The translations under genes were made by a program, and so were the position numbers. DNA of 64,000 nucleotides, taken from assembly GCA_951406725.2 (NCBI GenBank), contig OX597816.1:136400001-136464000 (forward strand), written 5' to 3'. Positions 1-15,351 of this stretch are shown piece by piece. The notes under the pieces are model-generated. The model was not told the DNA's origin. It worked only from the letters and a program-made list of their open reading frames with translations, and did not search any database. The stretch comes from Octopus vulgaris. Its lineage: Eukaryota. Each line of letters starts with the position of its first letter. Positions within the stretch are counted from its first letter, which is position 1.

Positions 1-980
1 CAAGTCCACTTTATGAAAGACCAGCAGTTTCCCATGCATACCAGTGATGTCATCCACGGTAAAGACAAAGCATGATACAGCTTGGCACCAGTGACATCAC
101 AACTAGTTTCTACAGCTGAGCGAACTGGAGCAACATGAAATAAAGTGTCTTGCTCAAGAACACAACACACAGCCTTATCTGGGAGTCAAACTCCCTACCT
201 CATGATTGTGAGTCCAACATTCTAACCACTGAGTTATGCACCTTCACGAACCACATTACACTGTAAGCAATTTAGGAATAACCAATGATTTGATTAAATA
301 AGTCATTTACAAATACGGCTATGCTTGTTTATTACTGATTCATTCATCACTGATCCTGGGTAACACAGTATGTTCAATTGTGAATCATGTTATATTTACT
401 ATGGCACTGCTTTGAAGGGTTTAATTGAATGAACCAACCTCAGTATGTACTTTTTTTTTTAAAGCCTGGTTCTTATTTTTTAGGCAGATGATATCTAGGA
501 ATATCCAGTGTGTGTGTTTTGTTAAGATACTAGGGTGTAATTTTAGAGAGATTTAGCTGATATTTTTAGCAAGGTGAAAGGCAAGTGATCACTCAGATGC
601 TTCACATTTTTGTTTCCACTGATTTTCTCTGTGTGCACTCTGCCAGTTGGTGAATATACATGAACAACAGTTTGATATACTGTAGTAATTTAGTATTCAA
701 TGACAAAGCAAAGAAGATAAACCATAACTGGACAATAATAACTCAGATTATTTGACGAATATATAATAGCTTTCAGAAAATAAACAAATAAAAAAAAATT
801 GACATTTAAAATTGAAATAATTTTGATAGCTTTCTTATTACATCACAACTCCATGAACAGTTTCCATATCATTTTCTTTCTTCCTTATCTAAATATCATG
901 ATAGATAGAACACCATGATTTATGTTTGTCAATGTTTCCAAAGTCATCGGTCTTAATATGTTACCTTATTATTGCAGGAA

Positions 981-1078
981 ATGGAAAATGAGAAGGTCAT
1001 CATCGTTCTGATAGTATGTGTCTGCTTGATTCTCATCATAGTTATCGTTTCTGCAGTAATTTTCTACTTTTGCTGCGG
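981..1078 (+). CDS. Gene 1 coding exon 1 (TM helix + CC)
   Basis: ttgcag|gaaATG acceptor at 977/978; hydrophobic helix; donor gg|gtaagt at 1079. Confidence 0.75.
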
Positions 1079-4000
1079 GTAAGTCCCACTTTGTAATCTA
1101 ATTTGGCAGGGAGTAACTCACTAGTTTCTGCATGTAAGACTTATGTTATCATGGGTTACTGCTGTTTCTATTGTGGTAAGGTACAATTTAACACTTTAGC
1201 ATTCAGATTATCCTGTCAAATGTAATGCTTGTTTATTCATTTTTTAAAAATTAATCATGCATTATTTTGTAGCTTTGAGATTTCAATGATGTGATTATTT
1301 ATTTTAACGATAATCTTGTAGGGTAGGTATGACAGGCTGGATCTGGCTACTTTGGATGTAAAACAGGTAGAATATCTGGGCTGGATATAGTTTGAATGCT
1401 AATGGGTTAAAGTAGTTAAAGCCTATTTATCATGAAGATTTACCTAGTATTTGTATCTCCCTTCTAGTTATATAATTCCTCCAACAAGCATGCATTTTGC
1501 ACTAAAAGCCAATATGAGAGTTTCCCTCGTGATATCTGCCACAGTATAGTTTGTTCTAACAGAACATCCACATTTAATAGTACTTATCAGTATTACTACT
1601 GCCTCTGTCACTAATATATATTATTTTACAAGTATTTGTTATGTTAATATAAAAAAGCAACAATCTAATAAACATTACTGAAACTTGAAATACAGTAGAA
1701 TAGATAAGAAAGTGATCAGAGAGGGCCCTTTCACTATATATTGTAATGGTAGAACTGACATGAAGCATCTCATCCAAGAAATAAGAAATAAAATGTGCAC
1801 AACAGGAGGGTAACTTGACTAGAAATTTTTCATAATGCTAATCAAGTGTGAAAACATTGCTTTTGCCTAATTTCTCAATGGTGAATGTCATAGGAGTATA
1901 TCTCCTGTAGTCATGGTTCCATGTGATAAGTGAGAAAGGAAAGGATCTCAAGGTGATGATGGTAATTAATAGCATCAATATCCTTAACCTTTGAGTTTTA
2001 GAAATAAGAGCAACAGATTGGTAGATGTCCTGCAGTTATAGACTATGGTTGTAAGAAGATAGTGGAAGGAAGGACATGCTCAGGAAGAGGATTTTGGTCA
2101 CCTGCCTAGCTGACATTTAATACTTCTTGTGGGGTAGGCTTAATTAGTGGAGTCAACTCTGCTGAAAGCATTTGAGTTAGGTCTCCAGTTTGAAGATAAT
2201 TTCCCCTTCCTCACATCAGTCTTGGAGACTCTGAAAAAGTTCATGGACACTACCCTTCTGACTAAGCAGCAAAAAAATATAAGCATTCACACAGTGGTAT
2301 TATGGTTCATTTATACCAACCATTCTCAACCAGGGTCCTTACAACCCTTGGAGATCCATATAAGATTTTGTTGTTAAAATTTATGTACCCTACTTCTACA
2401 ATTCACAAAATATTTTAACAAATTTTTGTTATACAATTCCTAATAATATTTAATTATGAAAATATATGATTTTTTAAAACATAGAATAGCTAGCAGGGTC
2501 CAGTAGAGTATAAAATAAGAATCAAAGGGGTCCACAGGTAAAAACTGGTTGAGAAACACTGATTTATACATTCACGCACTAACATACTGCATGTAAATAA
2601 AGTGGAAGTGGGGTATAACACATTTACTGCTAAGGATAATCTGTATAGAACAGGCTGGGATCAATCCAGGGGGTTAGAATTCATGGGGTGAATAATGTTT
2701 TGTAGTAAGGGATTGTTAAGTATGTAACTTGGCAGCTGGTACGGGTGTGGCTATGTGGTTAAGGAGTTTGCTTTCCAGCCTCATGTGGTTTTGGGTTCAG
2801 TCTCACTGCATGGCACCTTGGGCAAGTATTTACTACAGCCTTGAGCCCTTGACTGACCAATGCCTTGTGAGTAGATTTGGCAGACAGAAACTGAAAGAAT
2901 CCTGTCATATGTATGTGTATCTGTGTGTGTGTGTGTACATGTGTATGTGTAAGAATTGACATCATGTGATTGTCATAATTGAATTTTCAATATTCTGCAA
3001 AAACACGTCTGGCCATGGGGAAATATCACCTTACTTGAAAGCAAATGAGGGTTGATAACAGGAAGAGCATCTACCTTTGAAAATCTGCCTCAATAAACTC
3101 TGTCCAATCCATGTGAGCATGGAAAAGTGGACATTAAAAATGTGATGAAATCAATAATGATGCAGTGATCAGAGAATCCAATTGGTGCAGAGATGGTGCT
3201 AACTGGCTTTGAAGGTGTGAGAGAGATCAAGGGTAGTTTATGTGTTGGTACATTTGTCAGGAACAGGGATGGGAGTAGAGTAGATACATACAAGTAATAC
3301 AAACATTTGAGAGTGGCAAAAACATTCACTTTCTGCAGCAGCATTAAGTGTGAAAGCAAAATAGGATTGTGTCCATCAAAGTCACTTATAATGATGGCTT
3401 CAGAAATAGGTAATGTGAAGGAGCTGTCTTCAATACAAGAAATGAGATGGTCAGTAACTGATGCTGGTTGGAGGATTTTGTGGAACAGTGACATGAGAAC
3501 TCAGGTGAGGAGAGACCCTGAGCTGAAACAACTGGAAATATTTACTACTGAGATCCAGATGTGAGTGATGAGTAACAGGATGACTAAACTCTACATCTGT
3601 ACAGCATAACTATACCAGGGAATATCTGGTGTACTGATGCAATAGGTCTAGTGTGTTAGATCAGGCAGGGTTGAGGAACTTTTTTAACCAATTACTCCAA
3701 AATATATTTATTTATGCCAATGTTACCCCTTGATTCAAATGGAAGCAAACCATAGATAACAGGGAACACATTTTTAATATAATTTTACATACATCTAATG
3801 AGTCCTCATTACCCACGAGAATTTCATTTTACTCCCACTTGGGGTAATTTGCCCTGGTTCACCAACCCCCGCATTAGATGAATAGTTGAGCAGTTAAATC
3901 AATATATATATAACTATAATGTTGTATCTTGATGAGATTAAAATGCTGAAACATCTTCAATGTAATTGTTATTGTTTCAAAGATTTACAGATTTCAGAAC

Positions 4001-6779
4001 TCCTAATTAATTCAAATGAGGAAGCTTAAACTGTCTCCTTGGCTAAAACTTATTTCTTGATTTAATTGTACTTGAATTTAACAGATTATCTTTGTGCTAC
4101 CCTTCAGCATCTCAATAACATTGATCATTTCTACAAAACTTCATTAATGAAATTAGCAAAATAATCAGCTGCAATATTTGACTCATCTTGAAATTTATAG
4201 AAAATGTAGAATGTATTAAGATATGGGATGATAATTAATTTAAGATGTAGGATGACAATTAACTTGAGATTAAAGGGATCACAGTAATTAGATAACCGAC
4301 TTGACTAACAGAAAAGACATGCTAAATTATTTAATCTTATTAGCGCTTTAAGAGAATTTTGTATTACTCCATTTAAAAGGATTCTCATTTAAATACAACC
4401 ATACATACTGACAAAGTAATACATATACAAACAGATACATTATATATACCAGCAGAAAGACCACCCTCCAGGCAGTTTCCTGCTAGCCACTTGATAATTT
4501 TCCCACATTTGATTCCCAGTTGTAATCATTTTTATATTTTACATCTAATTATTAGTACTCACTTGCTTAGTAAATATTGTTTTCATTATTTTATCACAAT
4601 CATAATCTCTATTTTTTAATGAGTCAATCTGTTATATATATTTATCATTAATAATTGATAGAACTTACTGTGCATTGATAGATAGATAAAGGGAAAGATA
4701 TACACACACACAAAAGTCTGGTGCTGTGAGAACACATGGAAATGGCGTTTCCTTACTTTTTCAAATATACCCATATTTAGAATAATCTAATATAACGATA
4801 TCATTCATTTGGCATGTCTTGAAATATGCCAAAACAATTTAATTCCACACAAATATATGTTACTTTACATATAATTTTATGTGTGAATTCTATTTGCTGA
4901 AACTTGCTGAAAAGCATATTTTGCTTTACTGTGGTATCTCCTTTAGACACAATTGTTTGTAATCAAACTGTTTCCATTTCTCTCGGCAAATACTTTTACA
5001 CTAGCCTTCCTTTGAACTCTAGATAATGCAACATACTGTTGACCATGTGAGAAGAATTGTGTTGGAAGATATATTCTAATTTGTTCAAAAGTCTGTCCCT
5101 GTGTCTTGTTGCATGTCAAGACAAAAGCTGGCTTGACAGGAAATAGTTTGCGTTTAAATGTGAATGGAAATTCCATTTCTTGAGACACATTTGATGTTCT
5201 TGGGATTAGCAGAGTTGATCCTGCATAAGGACCAGAAGCAACCTCAATAACATGATCCTGTAAACTGACAATGATGTAGCGTGTGCCATTGCAATGTCCA
5301 TTAGTTGCATCTAAATTTCTCAGACGCATTATTTGAGAAAGTGTAGTGGAAACCCTGATGGTGTAAGTTTGTTGATGAACTCGATTGGGTACAGAGTTTC
5401 ATTATCAACTGTATCTGAGCTTCTGTATATTTTTAGCTCACCAGAGATCCTGGTCAACAGAAAATCATTCACAAATTGTGTTGCTTCATTTGTTGGAGTA
5501 ACAATAGTATATGTATATATGAGTGTGTGTGTGTGTGTGTTTTTAGAGGCATGTGGCTTTGTGGTTAAGGGTGTTACATTCATAATCATGAGATTGTTGT
5601 TTCAGTTCCTGGATAAAGCATTGCATTGTGTTCTTGAGTAAAACGCTTCATTTCACACTGCTCCAGTTTACTTAGCTGACAGAATAAAAAATCATGCAAT
5701 GGACCAGTATCCCATCCAGTGGTTGAGGGAAGGGATATATATCCCACAGAATCTGGGAAACCAACCTTATGAGCCTATGGCTTGAGAAGGACCTTTGATC
5801 CATTTTTTCCTTTTGTGTATATAGTATGTGTGTGTGAAGGCTGATTTAAAAGTCCCTTTAGTATTAATATAAACTAGCTGCCTGGACCACCCTGGGAAAT
5901 TCAACAAGGTATTCTCAAACAATTGAACAGTATTACAATTATTAGATGGTGCCATTCTTAGGACAATGAATAGTCTCTCTCATATTTTAATATTGATATT
6001 TTTCTAAAATATATCAAACAATTTATACATATCATATCAAAACATATTCAGAACAAAATAGTAAAGATAGTATTAAATATATATAAAAACAAAATTGTAA
6101 CAAAAAAAAAATACATATCATTTAAATGCTAAAGGGACTTTTGAGCAACTCTGTGTGTATCTGTCTGTTGTCTCTATCTATCTGTCTAATATACATGTGT
6201 GTATAGCAGAGGCATTTCCCCCTCCATATTTTTAAGAGGTCTTGAGCCAACAGGTTTTGGGATCTGATGATATGCCATAAAGTTAAGCTCTTAATAGATG
6301 GGAAACCTAGAGTAATCCCATAAACTGGCCTTCCCCATTTTTAATATATGCTGCTCTTATATCTTAGAGCGTGCTTCTTCTTTCAGATTTATGTTTTACA
6401 GACAATATATATATATATATCACCATCATCATCATCATTGTTTAATGTCCGTTTTCCATGCTGACATGGGTTTGACATGGAGCTGCCCTTCCTAATGCCA
6501 ACCACTTGACAGAGTGTGCTGGGTGCTTTTTATGTGCAACCAGCAAGGGTGCATTTATGCAGCACTGGCATAGGTGCTTTTTATGTGACACTGGCACCTG
6601 AAAGGTCAAGCCTGTATGTGTGTGGAAGACATCGATTTTACTTAGCTTGACATGTCTTATCAAGTACAGCAAATTTCCACATCTCCTGGTCCCTTGTCCT
6701 TTCCTCAGTGAGGCCCAGCACCCAAAGATCCTTTCTCACCACTTTGTCCCACGTCTTCATGCATGTATGTGTATGTATG

Positions 6780-6816
<37 letters not shown>

Positions 6817-7641
6817 ATGTGTATATATATATGTGTGTGTGGAGGTGCGTGGCTTAGTGGTTATGGTGTCAGCATCATGATCGTAAGATTGTGGTTTCGA
6901 TTCCTGGACCGGGCGATGCGTTGTGTTCTTGGCAAAACGCTTCATTTCACATTGCTCCAGTCCACTCAGCTGGCAAAAATGAGTAACGCTGCGATGGACT
7001 GGCATCTCATCCAGCTGGGGAACACATACATCATTGAAACCGGGAAACCAAGCCCATGAGCCTGGCTAGGCTTTAAAAGGGCGCATTTATTTTTATTATA
7101 TGTATATATTTTTTCATCAAATTGTAGACCTAGAAGCAAGCGCAAGAGAAGAAACCAGAACTTCAACAACCTTCCAGCTGTGGCAACTGATTCCAGCAAC
7201 AGCCAGTCACTCAGGAGTCAAAGAGAAGAACAGTCACCAAAACCTATGCCAAAGGTTGGCTCTTCTCGTCTATGGATGACTAAACCATACATGCAAGCAT
7301 CAGGACCGAATGATGCTTACTATGAACTTAAGAATGGCGTGAGAAAAAACCCTGTTCTCATGAGAGACATTTTATCAATGCCCAATGTCACTAATGGTAA
7401 GAATCAATCTTTATATGATACTTTTCTTAATTAATAATACTGATTGAACTCTCAGGAAGTTATTGTTTACAAATCTTTGTTCTCTGTATCCCTAGTTCTT
7501 GCATATTTTACTGTAATCAGTGCTGGGGTCTGAAGATATGCCTTAAGGCTAAACACTATATGAGTGAGAAACCCAGGGTAACCCCATAAACTGGCCTACC
7601 TCACTATAATATTAACTACTCTTCTGATCCCTATATATATG

Positions 7642-7697
<56 letters not shown>

Positions 7698-9031
7698 TAA
7701 ATAATTGTGATGGGCTTCTTTCAGTTTATAACTATCAAATCTACTCACAAAGCCTTGAACAGCCTGAGGTGTCAATAGAAGAATATGTACTCAAATTTTT
7801 TTTTAGAATTAGCACAAATAATAAGTAAGATTGTAATTTTTTTTTTAGACTGTTATCTTCATCTTTAGAAATGAAAGAATTTAAGATTTACATATAAATT
7901 GCATTTCGTTTAGTTTGATCTCCTATCATCATCAAGTGTTGTATTTCTGGATGCATACTTAATACTAGACTAGATTCAAACCAGGAGCTTTTATTTCTAA
8001 ATTAAGGTTAATATGTTTTTGTTTTGTTTTTTGCTAATGGATTAGAATGGTGTTGTCTTTTATGTAAAAATAAAGGTTCCTTCCTTGTATCCAATCTTAT
8101 ACTATGTACACTGCTGGAAGATCTTTTTATGACTATCAGAAATCAAACCAATTGTATATCATTATATGGATATAAATTTTAAAAAGAGCTTTTATTTACT
8201 GGAGATGAAATTAACTGTCTTAAGAAATTATAATATTACCATTTTTTTTCTTATATTGATCATATGAACTCAGACTATAAACTACTCTATATTATTGATT
8301 TTAAAACATCTAAAAGTATTTTTCATAAATAACATGGTGAGTAAAAAACTGAATTAATTTTTTTCAGCACAAGGCCGGTATGTTTATGAAGGGAATCTTC
8401 GAATGTATCACAGCCAACAAATTCCAGATATGATGGGCAATTACCGTGAACCCAGAGCTTACTACAATGATGGTTTCATTCTTTCTCATGCAGGTAAACT
8501 TTTACTCAAATCTTTTGTTAACAATATTTTGTCTTTGATAGAATTTTGAAGCTAAAATTTAAAACAGTCATCATCATCATCATCATCATCATCATTTAGT
8601 GTCTGTTTTCCATGCTGGCATGGGTTGCATGGTTTGACAGTAGCTGATAAGCTGAAGGGCTGTTCAAACTTCATGTCTGTTTTGGCTGAAATATTATATC
8701 ATCAGACCAGAGAGATTCTCATCGTACTCTTCCTTAAACTTTTCAGAACATTTTAATAAGCTAAACTTAGATAAGCTACCCAAGAATACACATTAAGAAA
8801 GGTTAAGAAAAAATATCCTAAAACTCAATGAGCTTTTAGATAGATTATCTCTCTTTTGACTTCTGGAAAATCTTTTGCCCAGATATTTATTTACTGATAT
8901 TGTCAAAATTCTATTTCAATTGTTTTCAACTCATCAAATTGAGCCAAATCAAAATTTTAAACAAGCACTAATGGAAAGTATTCAGTGTTGATTTCAAATA
9001 AACAACTAAGATATATGTAATAGATATAACC

Positions 9032-9068
<37 letters not shown>

Positions 9069-10708
9069 TATATATATATATATATATTTTAAAATCATTG
9101 TAATCATTGATGATGGATTCTAAGATTTACTTCATAGTACATGCAATAAAAATAGATACCCATAAGCTGACACTAGTTATATATATTACAGAATAATAAG
9201 ACCTAAAACTTCCTTGTTAAAAACATATTGCAAATATGTAAACCTTAGAATGACGATTGTAATTTACAAATTTGACTGTAAAATTTAAAGTTGCAAATTT
9301 CATAATTCCAACAGTTGCATTAGGTAAACAAGTACAGCATTCTTTTATAAACTTACATACTTCTAAAACAAGGAGAAATTATGACACACTACACCACACA
9401 CCATAAAACTAAACTAGATAGGCAAACAAACAAAATATTTCCATACTTTATAGAATTCTTCACAGAAATAGAAGTCTAACTATGAAAGCAACATTAATAT
9501 TGCAACACAAGGCTACAGTTAACATACAGCACCAGTGGTGGCTTGTAGATAAAATTAGTGTAGATGCTGCTTCAGAAAATTTTTAGCTGTTGTTTTAATA
9601 TTGTGTAATATTGTGTAAGTAAACAAACATATAAAAAGAAAATCTATACATAAACTTGATCGGTTTGCGTTTTAGCCACTGCCAGGTATTGTGTTTAATT
9701 CGTTTACTGAACACAAAAAAGAAAAAAGAACTCATATTGAATGTTATCGATAATATCGAGTGGAAATAGGGGGTGCTGCAGTTCTACAGTGCCTATACAT
9801 GAGCTGCCACTGATACAAATATGGTCAAGTTCTAGCAAGAAAATCTCTACAGATATAAGGAGCCCACTATAAAAAGGAAAGCAAAAACCTCTTCACATCC
9901 TGAAGATGAGACTGAGATAACTTGGAAATTAATAAAGAGCAATTTGGAAGCTTTATTGTGCAGTATGAAACATAAGAATCTGATACATATATACGAGAAA
10001 ACCTTAATAAAAAGATTAAATTGGAGGGAAAAGCTGTTCCCCATATATTTCAGGCATACACACACATGTTGATATATATGTATGTATGTATGTGTGTGTG
10101 TATATATATATATATACATACGATGGGCTTCTTTCAGTTTCCATTTACCAAATCCACTCACAAGATTTTAATTGGCCTGAGGCTATAGTAGAAGACTTGC
10201 CCAAGATACCATGCAATGGAACTGAACCCAGAACCATGTGGTTGGGAAGCAAGCTTCTTAGCACACAACCACACCTGCTTCTATATATGTATTATTATTA
10301 TTATTATTATTATTATTAGGAATGGTGAACCTCAATGCAAATAAGGCTATGAATAATAGCATGTAAATATATTGGGTTAAAAACTCTTTGGATAGAAAAA
10401 TTTGAAGGCTGTCCATGGGACACAAACCCATATTTCCTGTAAACATAACAGATGTTCTGCCATTGGACCAAAGCAATCCTTTGAATTCCTCCATTTTAGA
10501 AATTCTATTCTTACCTGTGAGATTTGTATGTTGTTGACATCATAAGAATTCAGAAACTTTGAGAAAACACAAAATAATTTTTTGTAGAAACAGTGAATCT
10601 TAAAGCATATAAAACTATAAATAATTGGGCTAAAATCATTTTTTGGATAGAAAATATCAAAGGCTGACATAAAAAAAAATATGTGTATATATTAAAGATA
10701 TATATTCT

Positions 10709-10749
<41 letters not shown>

Positions 10750-13700
10750 TATTATCTATGCTTGCATGGGTTGCATTAAACTACATTGGAGCAAAGTTTC
10801 TATGGCCAGATGCTCTTTCTGATGCCAACCCTCACCTGTCTCCAAAAAAGGTAGCAATCTATCAAACAATGAACTACCTGGATTTGGTTTTATGGTGAGC
10901 TGCAAGCAATGGAACAACAAGGTTATCATTTACAGTCAGCAAACAAAATTGAAGATGAAGGGAAACACAAACTCTCTCTCTCTCTCACACACACACATAT
11001 ACATGCACACACACTGCTATAGACTTCTTCACCTTTTGTTTCCCAGTTTCACTTCCAAGGCATTCATGCAATGGGACCAAGTCCCCTGACCGTATGGTTC
11101 AGAGATGAACTTCTTAATCACACTCCCATGCCTGCACCTGGATGATGGGGTCTGATGTTGAAACCCCATGAAACCCCCTAGAGCATCCACAAGATGTATT
11201 TTAAAATTATGTATATTATTTTCTGTTTTTAAACATAACATTTGTATTCAGTTTCTCCTTAATACAAAATAAAATTACTTAATTCAGAACATTTCAAATA
11301 CTTTTTTTTTTCATCTATTTTTGAACAGGTTTACCCTACCGAAATAGTGCAAGGTTACTGAAAACAAATGGTGCTTATCCAACAGAATATGTGTCTGATA
11401 ACGAACCAAATCAACCTGTATTGAGAAACTTTTCACACAGATTACCTGACGACAAAGTGCAAAGGCCTACAAGAAGCTATCCATATGAAAATGCTGCTCT
11501 TTCTGGATACAATAATGAACTTACTAGGTCACTTCAAAGATCAAACATATCTAAGTCATTCTCAGTAAAATCTGGTTCTTCAAAATCTTCTCTTAAAAAT
11601 AAAGGCAGTAGTCGAACAGGTTCTCTATTGTCACGGAAATCTCAGAATAACAGTCCGCGGTTAGCCAAATCAACCACGAGCACAGTAATTAGTGAACACA
11701 ACAGCTCTGAACTATTGTTTCCACCTTCTCACTCTGGCCTGGACAACAGTAATAATGATCTCAGCATACATGCCAAGGTCAATCCATTACTAGATCTTGA
11801 GTTTGATGCTGAATGTTCTGTATCAAATCCTGATCAAACAGATAATGTTGAAATTTATGCCCAGGAAAAATCAGTAGATGAACAGAGTTGCATTGAAAGC
11901 ATAAGTGATGTGACAGAATCAGAAACAAAAGGCAAGTTGGTGATTTATTACAATTTATCAGTTTTCTTTTAATATTTTAAAGGCAATGACTTGGTAGAAT
12001 CATTAGCATGCCAGGCAAAATGCTTTGCAGCATTTCATCCAGCTGTATGTTCTGAGTTCAAATTCTGCTGAGGTCAACTTCACCTTTCATCCTTCCAGGG
12101 TTGATAAAATAAATACCAGTTGAGTATTGGAGTTGATGTAATCAACTTACCCACTCCCCAGAAATTGCTGGCCTTGTGCCAACATTTGAAATCAATATTT
12201 TAAAGGCAACGAGCTGGAAGAATCGTTATCACACCGGGAAAAATACTTAGCAGCGTTTCAACTGTCTCATTGTTCTGAGTTCAAATTCTACTGAGGTTGA
12301 CTTTGCCTTTCATTCTTTTGGATCCATAAAATAAGAGCCAGTTGAGCATTGGGGTTGATGTAAAAATGTTGTGCCAAAATTTGAAACCAATATTTCAATG
12401 GCAGTGTGCAGGCAGAATCAAAGTTACTGCAGGGGATGTTGTGTATAATGTAAGGGCAGCAGTGGAGGAAGTGCTTAACCCTTTAGCTTTCTGATTACTC
12501 TGTCAAATGTAATGCTTGTTTAATTATTTAAATTAATCATGCATTATCTCATAGCTTTGAGACTTCAATGATGTTTAATTTTGTAGGGTTGGTGTCAGCA
12601 GTTAGATCTGGTCACTTTGAACATAAATTAGGGAAAATATTTTGGTCAGATATGGCCAGTTCAAATGCTAAAGTGTTAAGAAGTCATGGGTGTTTGAGAG
12701 TAAGTAATAAACTGTGAGTTGTACAGAAAAATGATTTGTATAATAGTTCAGTACACACTAAAATTTATACTTTTTCTTGGACCACTGACAAATTTATTAG
12801 CAGATCAGAACTCTTAGTTTAGTAATGAATGTTGTTAGTTCAAATTTAGTGTGGTGCTACAAACACATCCATAAATAAATAACCCAATGATGATTGCAGA
12901 GATCAAACCGATCAGAATGTTGTGTAGATATGATTATTGGCAATCTTTCAAGTCTAAAGAATAGTCAGAAAAATTCAAATTATATTAACAAGTCAACTCA
13001 GACATTTAAACATTTCGCAAAATGTCACTAATATTTCTATACGTCATCACACAATTTCTCTGCCAGTTTCTAGCATGGTACTTAAATCAAAAATCAATAT
13101 TTTTATCAGTTCTAATTCAATAATTAAATATTTGATTGTATTGCAGGTCAAAAAGTAACCACACAAGCATTTGAGTTTCTTGACAGTTACTTATCTGATG
13201 ATGATGCAGATAAACAGAAAGATACTATAAGTGAGTTGTTTTTAATATATCCAGAGTTTAAGACAGAATCATCTTTTATGTCTTGAGTTCAAATCTCATT
13301 GAAGACCAACTTTGTTTTTCATTTCTGTTGAGTGAATAAAATAAGTACCAATCGTTTCCTGCTGATATTTGTTCCTTTAGATTAAACATTTAGGCTGTGT
13401 GGTAAGAAGCTTATTTCCCAATGACATAGTTCTGGGTTCAGTCCCACTGCATGAGCAAATGTCTTCCACTATAGCCTCCAGCCGACTGAAGCCTTGTGAG
13501 TGAATTTAGTAGAGGGAAACTGAAAGTAAGCCATCATTCATGTGTGTGTCTTTGTGTCTGTGTTTGTCACCCACCACCACTTGATAACCGGTGTTGATGT
13601 GTTTACATCCCTGTAACTTAGCAGTTTGGCAAAAGACACCAAAAGAATAAATGCTAGGCTTAAAAATATCTAGTCCTAGGGTCAATTTGTTCAACTAAAA

Positions 13701-14871
13701 CTTCAACGTGGTGTCCCAGCATGGCTGCAGTCAAATTACTGAAACAAGTAAAAATATATGTATGTATATATTAGCATATTTACTTTAATACTATTACTTT
13801 CTGAATTCAAATTTTGTTAAGTTCGATTTTCATCTTCCTGGGACAGGTAAAACATGTTCTAACATATATACTTCTTAGGTATGAAATCAAAGAATAGGTC
13901 ATTCAACTTGCTAGAAACAACCAAATTTCTCTCAACCTACACTTTACCATCTGAAAAAGGGAAAGGCACGTTGGAGAATGTAATCTCAGACACACCTAAA
14001 TAAAGAGATGCTCTTGGTTGGAAAGTTTCTGATCATAGGTCTGTTCCACTAGGGTTGGACTGCACAGTAACAACTTCACATTCCTCACATAACTAAAGCT
14101 CATATCTTCATGCAACTAACACTGAGCACAATTCCTGGGGAAAGTGGCCCATCCCTGCTAAGTGGTATTTATCCATCATTGCATTGCAATATATACAAGA
14201 CTAGAATGCAGTGAGCTGGCAGAATCATTGCTGTGCTGGGCAAAATGCTTAGTGGCATTTCATCCATCTTTACGTTCTGAGTTCAAACTCCACCAAGGTC
14301 AATTTTGCCTTTCATCCTGTCAGAGTTGATAAAATAAATACCAATTTAGTACTGGGGGTTGATGTAATAAACTTACTCTCAGCCCTGGAACTGCTGGCCT
14401 TGTGCAAGACTACAATACCATTATGCATCTGACAGCCTGCAAGCTACTTGCTTCCTAAATTGCAGCAGAGCCTTCTGATCCCTGACCCAGAGTGTCTCTA
14501 TCAACTTAACAGAATCCTGAACTAAGATAATTCTATAAATAGTAGTCTTGCTGAAGAAGTCTCCTGTTTCAACTTCAGCTATATATTGCTCTCTCTCAAC
14601 AAAACTCCTCATAAACTCTTATTCTCTTTTCCCTGAGTTATACCATTACATTACACACAGCTGCTACATGTGAGAATGTCTTTCATCACAACATTTCAAA
14701 CATCTCATTGTATTGCAGGTCAGAATGTAACCACACAAGCTTTTGAGTTTCTAGATAATTATTTATCTGATGACGAAGTAGAAAAACAGAAGGATAATAC
14801 ATGTAAGTTTTTTTGTAATATATCTTTGTTTTTGCAAAACACATACAAATTCCCCCACTACGTATATATGC

Positions 14872-14912
<41 letters not shown>

Positions 14913-15295
14913 AGTATGTTCGTACGTACACAAATATGTGTGTGTGTCTGGTAAAAAGATGACTTGACATGCTACATATGTTTCAATAGCATGGTAATTT
15001 ATTCACGATTTGTGCATTATGTAATCTGAAATCACCTGCCATCTTAGCAGGCATCTGAACTGTCAGTAGAATAAAAACTTCTTCACCACATGACATAAGT
15101 GACTAATGTTACTGCTGAGATTGAAGTTGCAGAATACCCAATATCATTCAACAATTGATCTTAATTTTGAGATTGAATGATAAAATGGAAATATTAAATT
15201 AGTAACTTATTAATATTCCAGTAGTGTGAGCTGCTTCCCAATTACATGATTGAAGCTACCAAGCTAATAACCATTATCAACTGGATCCCCACCAA

Positions 15296-15351
<56 letters not shown>

